Positions 1-7,031 of a DNA stretch of 24,000 bases are shown in pieces. Each line of letters starts with the position of its first letter. Positions within the stretch are counted from its first letter, which is position 1. The translations under genes and the position numbers were made by a program. The stretch spans positions 1,185,892-1,209,891 of the forward strand of contig CAUVYB020000002.1 in the NCBI GenBank assembly GCA_963556075.3, in the 5' to 3' direction. Below the pieces are notes generated by a model. The model was not told the DNA's origin. It saw only the letters and a list, made by a program, of their open reading frames with translations, and searched no databases. This stretch comes from Oceanispirochaeta sp. Its GTDB lineage: Bacteria > Spirochaetota > Spirochaetia > DSM-2461.

Positions 1-382
1 ACTGCCAGATGTATCCGAGGATAAGTCCCCCGATCAGGTTGGGGACGAAGAACCCCACCCTGTATATATTTCTGAATTTCAGCCTGCTGGTGACGAATAC
101 AGCCAGCAGGAAAGCCATGATATTGATGGCCAGGACATTGAACACCGTGTAGACCACGGTCAGAATAAAGGAGTAGTTGAAGGAGGGGTCCTTAAGGCTT
201 TTGATAAAGTTGTCCAGCCCCACATATTCCAGAACCTCTCCGGCCCGGGCCGCTGCGCTCCAGTTTGTAAAGGAGTAGAAGGCCCCGATCATAAAGGGGA
301 TAACGATGACCATGAGAAAGGCAAAAAGTATGGGTGAAAGGAACAGCCAGAAAACGATTCTGTTCTCTTGTTTGTCTGTCAT
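1..382 (-). CDS. Carbohydrate ABC transporter permease (MalF/UgpA type), N-terminal part only; the gene runs off the left edge
   Basis: It is absent from the ORF track because it is truncated. My translation of the reverse strand from ATG 382-380 gives MTDKQENRIVFWLFLSPILFAFLMVIVIPFMIGAFYSFTNWS...RVGFFVPNLIGGLILGYIWQ. That is a hydrophobic TM1 followed by a loop, typical of the N-terminus of a binding-protein-dependent sugar permease. It lies directly downstream of the SBP gene on the same strand. Confidence 0.8.
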   Translation of the reverse strand, partial: MTDKQENRIVFWLFLSPILFAFLMVIVIPFMIGAFYSFTNWSAAARAGEVLEYVGLDNFIKSLKDPSFNYSFILTVVYTVFNVLAINIMAFLLAVFVTSRLKFRNIYRVGFFVPNLIGGLILGYIWQ

Positions 383-421
383 TTTGTCTTACCTTGTTAT
401 ATTCTAAAGGATCATAGGGTC

Positions 422-467
422 AAAAAAACGGGGGCGCATTCCCTGCCGCGCAGAAAACCCGTCCCCG
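422..467 (-). terminator. Intercistronic hairpin plus T7 run between the SBP and permease genes (attenuator or partial terminator)
   Basis: The minus strand reads CGGGGACGGG..(inner GCGC..GCGC)..GCGCCCCCG followed by TTTTTTT (plus-strand A-run 422-428). The outer stem 429-436/460-467 has one mismatch. The arm 459-466 (CCGTCCCC) is a near-copy of the over-represented motif. Confidence 0.5.
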
Positions 468-483
468 AATCAATCTTCAGTGA

Positions 484-1746
484 TTATCTGTTTTCAAAGG
501 CGTCGGTCATCAAATGAATGAACCGGGCCTTGTCGATGGCACCGTTGGCGAACTGGTTGTAGATGGGAGCCAGGGTCTGATCCCGGAAGTCTCCAGAGAA
601 GTAGTACTGACTCCAGGCGTAGACCTTGCCGGCGGCGGCCCAGCTCTGTACGGACCGGGAAAGCTGACCGGCGGGATTCAGGCTGACATTGGCATAGGCG
701 GGGATCATCCCGGCCTCTTTGACCATGAAATTCTGTCCCTCGGGAGTGAAAACCATATCGTTCAGAAACTGCTTGGCCAGCTCGACATTCCCTGATTCCT
801 TATTGATGACATAAAAGGAAGGAGCGGCGACGAAGATTCCGTCGGTATCGGCAGCCATGGAACCGTGGGGAGCAAATCCCATTTCAAAGCTTGCGTTGGC
901 CTGAGCCATATTGGGATCTGTCCAGTTTCCCTGGTGAAGAAAGACGGCCTTGCCCGTAGCGAAAGCGCCTACCTGGTCATCGTAGTTACCGGTCCGCAGT
1001 ACGGAGGGTTCGGCGTAGCGGAACAAGAGCTCCACCCAGTCGGCGTACTCGCTCAGTCTTTTCGCATCGACCTTTCCCGCCAGCAGATCATCGACAACGG
1101 CAAGGTCGCCATAGGCAAGACCGTTTGACAGCAGGGAGTTGAAGTTGTGGTGAGCGGTGACCCACCCCATCTCCGGACCGGCGGCCATGGAGATAACCGA
1201 ATCGATCCCCAGTTCATCTTTCATAGCCTCCAGCTTTTCACAGGCGGACTTGTAGGCGCCGTAGTTGGTCAGAGAGGCGGGGTCGATGCCGGCTTTGTCC
1301 AGCATATCCTTGTTATAGGCCATTCCCCATCCTTCTACGGCGACAGGGAACCCGTAGGTCTTTCCGTCGACCTTGAAGGCCACGGAGGTCTCTTTGGTCC
1401 AGGGCTCTCCGGAAAGGTCAAGGATCAGACTTTCCCACTCTTTATAATCTTCCAGACCGGCTATAATAAAAATATCGGGCATCTCTCCGGCGGCATAGTC
1501 GGATCTCAGCTGCTGCCCCAGGGTGATAGAGCTTGAACCGCCGATGGATTTCATAACGGCATTGTTCCCGGTCTTCTCGGACCAGAGCTTTCCGTAAGCC
1601 TGCAGCTGGGGATCTATCTCGGGTTTATTCTGATACAGGGTGATGGTTCCGCCCTTTCCGTCGTCTGCAGAATCGGTTTTCTTTGAACATCCAGTAAGAG
1701 CCGTCAGAATGGACAGAGCCAGAAGAACTGCGAGTACTTTTTTCAT
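484..1746 (-). CDS. Extracellular solute-binding lipoprotein, sugar ABC transporter (family 1 SBP)
   Basis: The ORF track gives 484..1758, but its first codon is TTG lying inside the SD sequence. ATG at 1746 is preceded by GGAGGA and gives MKKVLAVLLALSILTALTGC, a signal peptide with lipobox LTGC. The length and sequence are typical of sugar SBPs, and the gene is adjacent to the permease and LacI genes. Confidence 0.88.
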   Translation of the reverse strand: MKKVLAVLLALSILTALTGCSKKTDSADDGKGGTITLYQNKPEIDPQLQAYGKLWSEKTGNNAVMKSIGGSSSITLGQQLRSDYAAGEMPDIFIIAGLEDYKEWESLILDLSGEPWTKETSVAFKVDGKTYGFPVAVEGWGMAYNKDMLDKAGIDPASLTNYGAYKSACEKLEAMKDELGIDSVISMAAGPEMGWVTAHHNFNSLLSNGLAYGDLAVVDDLLAGKVDAKRLSEYADWVELLFRYAEPSVLRTGNYDDQVGAFATGKAVFLHQGNWTDPNMAQANASFEMGFAPHGSMAADTDGIFVAAPSFYVINKESGNVELAKQFLNDMVFTPEGQNFMVKEAGMIPAYANVSLNPAGQLSRSVQSWAAAGKVYAWSQYYFSGDFRDQTLAPIYNQFANGAIDKARFIHLMTDAFENR

Positions 1747-1776
1747 TTCATCCTCCAATTTTCAATGGGAACACTA

Positions 1777-1790
1777 TGGTAACGTTTCCA
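1777..1790. promoter_or_regulatory. LacI-family operator O1 (TGGTAACGTTTCCA)
   Basis: This 14-bp sequence is palindromic at 12 of 14 positions around a central CG and has the TGnAAnCGnTTnCA shape used by LacI/CcpA-family repressors. It sits between the predicted -10 and the SBP start codon. Confidence 0.55.
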
Positions 1791-1802
1791 TTTTCATATA
1801 TC

Positions 1803-1830
1803 ACTATACCCTGAGATCCCCGTATGTCAA
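1803..1830 (-). promoter_or_regulatory. Sigma70-type promoter of the SBP/permease operon
   Basis: The minus strand reads TTGACA (1830-1825), a 16-nt spacer, then TATAGT (1808-1803). O1 lies just downstream and O2 upstream. Confidence 0.5.
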
Positions 1831-1847
1831 GATATATTTCCATAAAA

Positions 1848-1861
1848 CGGAATCGTTTCCA
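1848..1861. promoter_or_regulatory. LacI-family operator O2 (CGGAATCGTTTCCA)
   Basis: This is a second copy of the same palindrome type with two deviations from O1/O3. Its centre is 71 bp from the centre of O1, about seven helical turns, which is compatible with looping. Confidence 0.4.
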
Positions 1862-1902
1862 ATATTTTACAGTAAAGTCTTCCAGGAGGGAGAGAGAATG
1901 AT

Positions 1903-2874
1903 TCAGCTGTCCCGGTCAATCAATTCAGGAGTCAGAACCAACTGTTCATATGACGACTCCTCCCCCTCCTCTCTCTGACGAACCAGTTCGATAATCATCC
2001 GGGCCGCTTCATTCCCCAGAGTTTCGGCGGACTGCCGAATGGTGGAGAGCTTCATAAACTTGGAAGGAAAGATATCATCATAACCGATGATGGATATTTC
2101 AGAACCCGATTCGTTGCGGGCCTGAAGGCCACCGTAGGCCATGGTATCGGAGAAGTAGAAGATCCCGTCCAGAGTTCTGTCGTTCATAAGAGAGAGGCTT
2201 ATCTCATAGCACTCCTCCTCCGAATTGACGCAGAGTTCAGAAACCTGTATTCCCCCGGCCTCATCGGCTCTTTTCCGGAAGCCTTCAAAACGGTCGACCT
2301 GCTGCTGGGAACGATCGGTCAGCCCCATCATCAGAATCTTTCTACACTGCCTGGAGATCAGATAATCCGCAGCCAGACGGCTCCCTTCAAAACTGTCATA
2401 GGTAATATAGTTGGATTCGGGCTCATGATAATCCACATAGAGGAAGGGGATTTTATGGATGTCCAGCACCTCCCGTTCCGAAGGAGTCAAAGGAGGATCC
2501 CCCAGAGTCAGAACCGCCGTCAGCCTGTGCTCCACAATATGGTGGATCACACTGTCCTGACCGTGGTCTGTATTAAAAATCATTATATTGTAGCGGTCAG
2601 CCTTGAGACGGGTGTATATATGCTTAATCAGCTCAAAGAAGAACTGATTCTCCACGACTGGCAGCAGAAGGCCGACGGTCGCGCTGTAGTGGGACTGCCG
2701 GACGAGCATCCTGGCGGCTCCGTTGGGAACATAATTGAGTTCTTTAGCGATGCGCATCACCTCGGCCCTGGTACTTTCCCGGACATTGGGACTGTTATTG
2801 AGAACCCGGGACACCGTCCCTATCCCCACTCCGGCACGGGCCGCTATATCTTTTATCGTGACCTTTCCACTCAT
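1903..2874 (-). CDS. LacI family transcriptional regulator
   Basis: The N-terminal HTH is VTIKDIAARAGVGIGTVSRVLNNSPNVRESTRAEVMRIAKELNYVPNGAARML, followed by a periplasmic-binding-protein-like sugar-binding core. The track start 2895 (ATG) has no SD. ATG 2874 follows AGGAAGGGA and gives the canonical MSGKVTIKDIA N-terminus. Confidence 0.9.
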   Translation of the reverse strand: MSGKVTIKDIAARAGVGIGTVSRVLNNSPNVRESTRAEVMRIAKELNYVPNGAARMLVRQSHYSATVGLLLPVVENQFFFELIKHIYTRLKADRYNIMIFNTDHGQDSVIHHIVEHRLTAVLTLGDPPLTPSEREVLDIHKIPFLYVDYHEPESNYITYDSFEGSRLAADYLISRQCRKILMMGLTDRSQQQVDRFEGFRKRADEAGGIQVSELCVNSEEECYEISLSLMNDRTLDGIFYFSDTMAYGGLQARNESGSEISIIGYDDIFPSKFMKLSTIRQSAETLGNEAARMIIELVRQREEGEESSYEQLVLTPELIDRDS

Positions 2875-2909
2875 TACAGATCCCTTCCTGACCATACTGA
2901 CAGAAAATA

Positions 2910-2938
2910 ACTATAGCACGCTTTTGTAAACGTTTCCA
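2910..2938 (-). promoter_or_regulatory. lacI-family gene promoter overlapped by operator O3 (TGTAAACGTTTCCA, 2925-2938)
   Basis: The minus strand reads TGGAAA (2938-2933), a 17-nt spacer, then TATAGT (2915-2910). The 14-bp palindrome 2925-2938 covers the -35 element, which suggests autoregulation. Confidence 0.45.
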
Positions 2939-3062
2939 TTCATTTCTTCCTGTAAAAGAGAAATCCGGGATTACAGAAAACAACCGCATAAAAAAGGAGG
3001 CAAGTATTGTGTAAACACTCCCCTCCCTATAAATGACTTAAACAAGTCTTATTCAATTTGAA

Positions 3063-5198
3063 TCAGAGCGTTTCCCTACTCCGTTTCTGTTTCTCAAGAT
3101 CATGATCCCGTCTCCCCAGGACCCTCAAGATCATATACATCAGGGCCAGGATAAAAACGGCCAGAGCGATGAAAGCGGGATGATGCCCCTCTGCGATCTG
3201 ATAGAAGAGAGTCGAAACCGACCAGGCCAGCAGAGTTGTATAGCTGACGAGAATCAGCGTATAAAAGCCCCCCATCTCCTGCCGGGAAGCTCCCACTACC
3301 GCAAGACAGGGAAAATACATCAGAACAAAAAGAAGATAGGCAAAGGCGGACAGGGGAGTGAAATTCCTGGAAATATGCCTGAACACGGCTGTATCCGTTT
3401 CGATCTCTTCCGCTATGGTCTGACTGTCTTCGACAACAAGACCGACACCGACCAGATCAAGAGAAGAAAAGAGATCAATAAATCCCTCACCAATGGAACC
3501 GAAAGCATCGACCACCGCTCCTCCGACATCGATTGCCCCCTCGTCTTCGTCATGCTCATCCCGGACACCGCTTTCCGCCATATCCAGAGAGGAGTAAAGA
3601 GCATTGACCGTACCGACTATGGCTTCCTTGGCAAAAAGACCGGTAAAAAGAGCCACCGAAGCCGGCCAGTTCTCCTCGGAAACACCGATGGAAGAGAAAA
3701 GAGGAGAGATCCCCTTGCCCACATGAGCCAGAAGGGAATCCTGACTGTCCTCATTACCGAAACTGAGCCCTTTTTCGGAGAAACCCATGGAACTCAAGAC
3801 TCCCAGAATGGCTACGGCAACAATCACAACGGCCCCGGCTTTGCGGATAAAAAGCTTCAGCCGTATCCATGATGATTTGAAGATATTGGACAATTTGGGC
3901 ATGTGATAGAGAGGAAGATCCATAACAAAATGGGAAGGAGCTCCCTTGAACAGAGAATTTTTCAGAAGGTATCCCGTAAAGATAGCCATGACAAGACCGG
4001 ATAAGTAGATAAGAAAGACCACAAGCCCCGAAGATCTGCCGAACATGGCCGCACTGAACAGAGCATACACGGGGAGCCGGGCACCGCAGGACATAAAAGG
4101 CGCCATAAAGATCGTCATATAACGGTCCCTTCTGGAGTTCAGAGTCCGGGCGGCCATCACGGCGGGAACGGTGCATCCGAAGCCCACAACCATGGGAATA
4201 AAAGCGGAACCGGGAAGACCGATTTTCCGCATCATCCTGTCTGCGATCACCCCGATTCTGGCCATATAGCCGAAATCTTCAAGTATGGCGATGGCCAGAA
4301 ACATAAAAAAGACTACAGGTATAAAGGTCGCCACCGTCTGTATACCGGAGCCGATCCCTCCCGAGAGAAATACGATCAGCCATTCCGGAGTCTGCAGAGC
4401 CGTCAGGACGGCGGCGGGAATCTCTACAAAGAGCATCCCTGCAAGAATATCGAAGAAATCGATAAAGACGGATCCGACGCTGATGGCAAACCAGAATGTG
4501 ATAAACAGGGAAACGAGAAAGATGGGAATGGATGCGTATTTATGCATAACCACACGATCGATCCGCTCGGTCAGGCTCTTCTTTTCCTTTCGGGCGTAGG
4601 TGATGACGCTTTCACATATTTCATCGATTTTTTTATAGGCCTGTTCTGCTGAGAGGTCGAGAAACTCGGCCGATTTTTCTTTGTTATGAACGAGGTCGGG
4701 ATTGGTTTCCAGAGCTTTCTCCAGCTCTCTCAACGCATTTTTTACGGACTGTTTGTCAACAGAAACCACCGAAATGACAGGGACGCCCAGCTCAGAGGCA
4801 AGGGCCTTTTGATCGACGCGCATCCCCTCCTGCTCGGCCATATCCACCATATTCAGAAAGACAGCGACATGGGGCGTTCTGGCCAGTAGATCCAGAGTCA
4901 GATAGAGGTTGCGGGAGAGATTGGAAGCATCCACCACATTGATAATCATGTCGTGTTCCTGCTTCCGGATAACCTCCTCGGCAACCTTCTGATCCTCAGT
5001 ATCGGGGGTCAGGTTATTGGTACCGGGCAGATCAACAACGGTAATCTCACGGCCCATGAAATTCATGCTCCCTTCGATTCTTTCAACAGTGACACCCGGC
5101 CAGTTCCCCACCTTCTGTTTTGAACCGGTCATCTCATTGAAAAGGGTGGTTTTACCGCAGTTGGGTATGCCTGCGATGGCGATCTGTTTCATGTCCAT
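3063..5198 (-). CDS. feoB: Ferrous iron transporter FeoB
   Basis: The 711-aa protein has an N-terminal G-domain (AGIPNCGKTTLFN, VVDLPG, NMVD) followed by a polytopic membrane domain. GGGAGG lies 6 nt upstream of the start. It immediately follows feoA. Confidence 0.95.
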   Translation of the reverse strand: MDMKQIAIAGIPNCGKTTLFNEMTGSKQKVGNWPGVTVERIEGSMNFMGREITVVDLPGTNNLTPDTEDQKVAEEVIRKQEHDMIINVVDASNLSRNLYLTLDLLARTPHVAVFLNMVDMAEQEGMRVDQKALASELGVPVISVVSVDKQSVKNALRELEKALETNPDLVHNKEKSAEFLDLSAEQAYKKIDEICESVITYARKEKKSLTERIDRVVMHKYASIPIFLVSLFITFWFAISVGSVFIDFFDILAGMLFVEIPAAVLTALQTPEWLIVFLSGGIGSGIQTVATFIPVVFFMFLAIAILEDFGYMARIGVIADRMMRKIGLPGSAFIPMVVGFGCTVPAVMAARTLNSRRDRYMTIFMAPFMSCGARLPVYALFSAAMFGRSSGLVVFLIYLSGLVMAIFTGYLLKNSLFKGAPSHFVMDLPLYHMPKLSNIFKSSWIRLKLFIRKAGAVVIVAVAILGVLSSMGFSEKGLSFGNEDSQDSLLAHVGKGISPLFSSIGVSEENWPASVALFTGLFAKEAIVGTVNALYSSLDMAESGVRDEHDEDEGAIDVGGAVVDAFGSIGEGFIDLFSSLDLVGVGLVVEDSQTIAEEIETDTAVFRHISRNFTPLSAFAYLLFVLMYFPCLAVVGASRQEMGGFYTLILVSYTTLLAWSVSTLFYQIAEGHHPAFIALAVFILALMYMILRVLGRRDHDLEKQKRSRETL

Positions 5199-5199
5199 A

Positions 5200-5436
5200 C
5201 TACGCCTCCCCTACAAGGATTTCCTGCGCTTCTTTTCTGCGCAAAGCCACACGGGCATGACGCAGAACAAAGATCATGGGATCGTTGATATCTACTTCAG
5301 AACGGGAGACGATCGTACCTTCCACAAATCCCATTTTCAGCAGTTTCTCCGCATACTCTGAAGAAGGGTCGGTAAATCCTTTGATAATATAAGGCTGTCC
5401 TTTCAAGGCCTCGGACAACGTGCTTACCGTTGACAA
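5200..5436 (-). CDS. feoA: FeoA family iron transport protein
   Basis: The 78-aa SH3-like FeoA protein includes GQPYIIKGF...LLKMGFVEGTIV. It starts at TTG, preceded by AGGGGGAG. Its stop codon lies 1 nt before the feoB ATG. Confidence 0.85.
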   Translation of the reverse strand: MSTVSTLSEALKGQPYIIKGFTDPSSEYAEKLLKMGFVEGTIVSRSEVDINDPMIFVLRHARVALRRKEAQEILVGEA

Positions 5437-5465
5437 GTGACTCCCCCTGTTTACTATCGGCTTTT

Positions 5466-5483
5466 TTAATTATATGAACCTAA
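5466..5483. promoter_or_regulatory. Weak candidate DtxR/IdeR-type box (TTAATTATATGAACCTAA)
   Basis: It has the TTA...AACCTAA ends of the TTAGGTTAGGCTAACCTAA-type iron box but only about 12 of 19 matches and poor dyad symmetry. It lies in the predicted feoA 5' leader. Confidence 0.2.
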
Positions 5484-5499
5484 CTCAGACTCATTCCGC

Positions 5500-5528
5500 A
5501 GTGTATAAACACCGCCATACTCTGTCAA
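5500..5528 (-). promoter_or_regulatory. Sigma70-type promoter for feoAB
   Basis: The minus strand reads TTGACA (5528-5523), a 17-nt spacer, then TACACT (5505-5500). Confidence 0.4.
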
Positions 5529-5577
5529 GAGTTAATCTATACTAACCAGCTTATATTTCAATGAGACCTGCCTCCTT

Positions 5578-5587
5578 CCTCCGTCCC
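5578..5587 (+). repeat. Motif copy A: CCTCCGTCCC (extended CCTTCCTCCGTCCCT, 5574-5588)
   Basis: Exact 10-mer. The 15-mer is identical to copy C. It is intergenic, between feoA and dtxR. Confidence 0.9.
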
Positions 5588-5629
5588 TCTTTTACCCTTT
5601 ATCCCGGCCAACCGGCTTTACAGTCACGA

Positions 5630-5639
5630 CCTCCGTCCC
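5630..5639 (+). repeat. Motif copy B: CCTCCGTCCC (GACCTCCGTCCCTCT)
   Basis: Exact 10-mer, a direct repeat of copy A 52 bp downstream. Both are followed by TCT and both have GACCT upstream (directly abutting in B, 11 nt away in A). Confidence 0.9.
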
Positions 5640-5680
5640 TCTCTGGTCTTCCTCTCCACTTTGAGCTACAATAGATCAGT

Positions 5681-6385
5681 ATGTTCAAGGTGACTGATCA
5701 GGAGCTGCAGGAGCTTCAGAAAAAATTCCCCTCTGCACTGGGATATCTCTCCACTATACTTCTGATAGAAAGAGAGATCGGGACCGCGGGCAATGCCCGA
5801 CTGGCAGCAAGACTGGGCGTGTCCAAACCGGCTGCGAACCAGGCCATCGGCCGGTTGAAAAAGCTGGGTCTCACGGAGCAGGACCGTTACGGCGCCATTA
5901 TCCTTACCGCAGAAGGCAAACGCTACGCCTCTGCCGTGCTCCGCCGCCATTATCTGATCGAGCATCTGCTGATTACCAAGCTGGGTTATCCCTGGGAGAA
6001 GTCTGACGAAGAAGCCCAGAGACTTCAGGTTAACCTCTCCGAAGAGTTTACAGACTATCTCTGCGAATATTTCGGTCGTCCCGGAACCTGCCCCCACGGA
6101 AATCCGCTCCCCGGATCTGAAGATGAAGAAGCTTTACTCAGGGCCCCCCGCCTGCCCGAAGCCCCCACCGGGGCCAGAATAAAACTTTTAAGGATAACGG
6201 AAGAAGGGGAGAGTGCAGATGGCCTTCTCCGCTTCTGCCGCAGCCATGATCTTATGCCCGGACGATGGATGAGCGTTAAAAACAACTCAGCCGAAGGGGT
6301 AACTGTGGAAGTTCACAATGCAACGGTGCTTATTCCCCTGCAGTACGCCTCCTATATATGCTTTCAGCTCCTGGATGAAAACTGA
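5681..6385 (+). CDS. DtxR/MntR/IdeR-family metal-dependent transcriptional regulator with C-terminal FeoA/SH3-like domain
   Basis: The HTH is LAARLGVSKPAANQAIGRLKKLGL and the dimerisation/metal-site region is RRHYLIEHLL...CPHGNPLP. The C-terminal SH3-like domain includes ARIKLLRI...GRWMSVKN...VTVEV. It is divergent from feoAB. No obvious SD precedes ATG 5681, so the start is uncertain. Confidence 0.85.
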   Translation: MFKVTDQELQELQKKFPSALGYLSTILLIEREIGTAGNARLAARLGVSKPAANQAIGRLKKLGLTEQDRYGAIILTAEGKRYASAVLRRHYLIEHLLITKLGYPWEKSDEEAQRLQVNLSEEFTDYLCEYFGRPGTCPHGNPLPGSEDEEALLRAPRLPEAPTGARIKLLRITEEGESADGLLRFCRSHDLMPGRWMSVKNNSAEGVTVEVHNATVLIPLQYASYICFQLLDEN

Positions 6386-6416
6386 TGATTCGATTCACTT
6401 TTTCAGGGATGGAAAT

Positions 6417-7031
6417 ATGGGTAGAATAAACTGGAAACCGGGCAATATGATCTATCCCATTCCTGCCGCTCTGGTGAGCTGCGGGACAGCCGAATCAGGA
6501 TATAATCTGATCACTGTTTCCTGGACAGGAACCGTCTGCACCAATCCCCCTGTATGTTATATATCCCTCAGACCCGAAAGACTTTCCCATGAGATTATCA
6601 GCAGAGAGCGGGAGTTCGTTATCAATCTGAGTACGGAATCCATGGCTAAAGCAACCGATTGGTGCGGGGTTAAATCAGGCCGGGATTTCGACAAATTTTC
6701 CGAATGCGGCTTAACGCCGCTTCCCGCAAAAGAGATCAAGGCCCCTCTTGTTGCGGAATCACCGGTAGCTGTGGAATGCCGGGTACGTGAGATAAAAGAG
6801 CTGGGAAGTCATGACATGTTTCTGGCAGACGTGGTCAACGTTAGTGTAGATGAACGCTATATGGATCCTGAAACGGGAGCCTTTGACATGCACAGAGCCC
6901 GGCTGATCGCCAGTGCTCATGGAAAATACTGCGGGCTGAAATATCCCATGGGCCATTTCGGATACTCCATCAGAAAGAAGAAGCAGAAAAAGAAGAGACG
7001 GCGTCACTCAACGGCGGATCCATCCTCCTGA
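6417..7031 (+). CDS. Flavin reductase-like (FMN-binding split-barrel) protein
   Basis: MGRINWKPGNMIYPIPAALVSCG...NLITVSWTG...FVINL...SGRDFDKF matches the flavoredoxin/flavin reductase family pattern. The track start 6318 would overlap the regulator gene. ATG 6417 follows its stop codon and an AGGGATGG purine run. Confidence 0.8.
   Translation: MGRINWKPGNMIYPIPAALVSCGTAESGYNLITVSWTGTVCTNPPVCYISLRPERLSHEIISREREFVINLSTESMAKATDWCGVKSGRDFDKFSECGLTPLPAKEIKAPLVAESPVAVECRVREIKELGSHDMFLADVVNVSVDERYMDPETGAFDMHRARLIASAHGKYCGLKYPMGHFGYSIRKKKQKKKRRRHSTADPSS

Noticed and set aside
2990-3030. Possible feoB terminator (GGAGG...CCTCC followed by T6 on the minus strand)
   Set aside because: Only about 5 bp of stem close a loop of about 21 nt, which is too weak to call despite the T-run.
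3102-3872. 256-aa plus-strand ORF, plus other ORFs inside the feoB region (3413..3604, 3754..4176, 4285..4599, 4686..4889, 5017..5361)
   Set aside because: All overlap feoB or feoA in other frames or strands. Their compositions (Arg/Gly/Ser/Pro-rich) are typical of out-of-frame translation.
6318-6416. 33-codon N-terminal extension of the flavin reductase ORF in the track
   Set aside because: It would overlap the 3' end of the DtxR-family gene by 68 bp and adds non-homologous sequence. The internal ATG 6417 gives the canonical family N-terminus.
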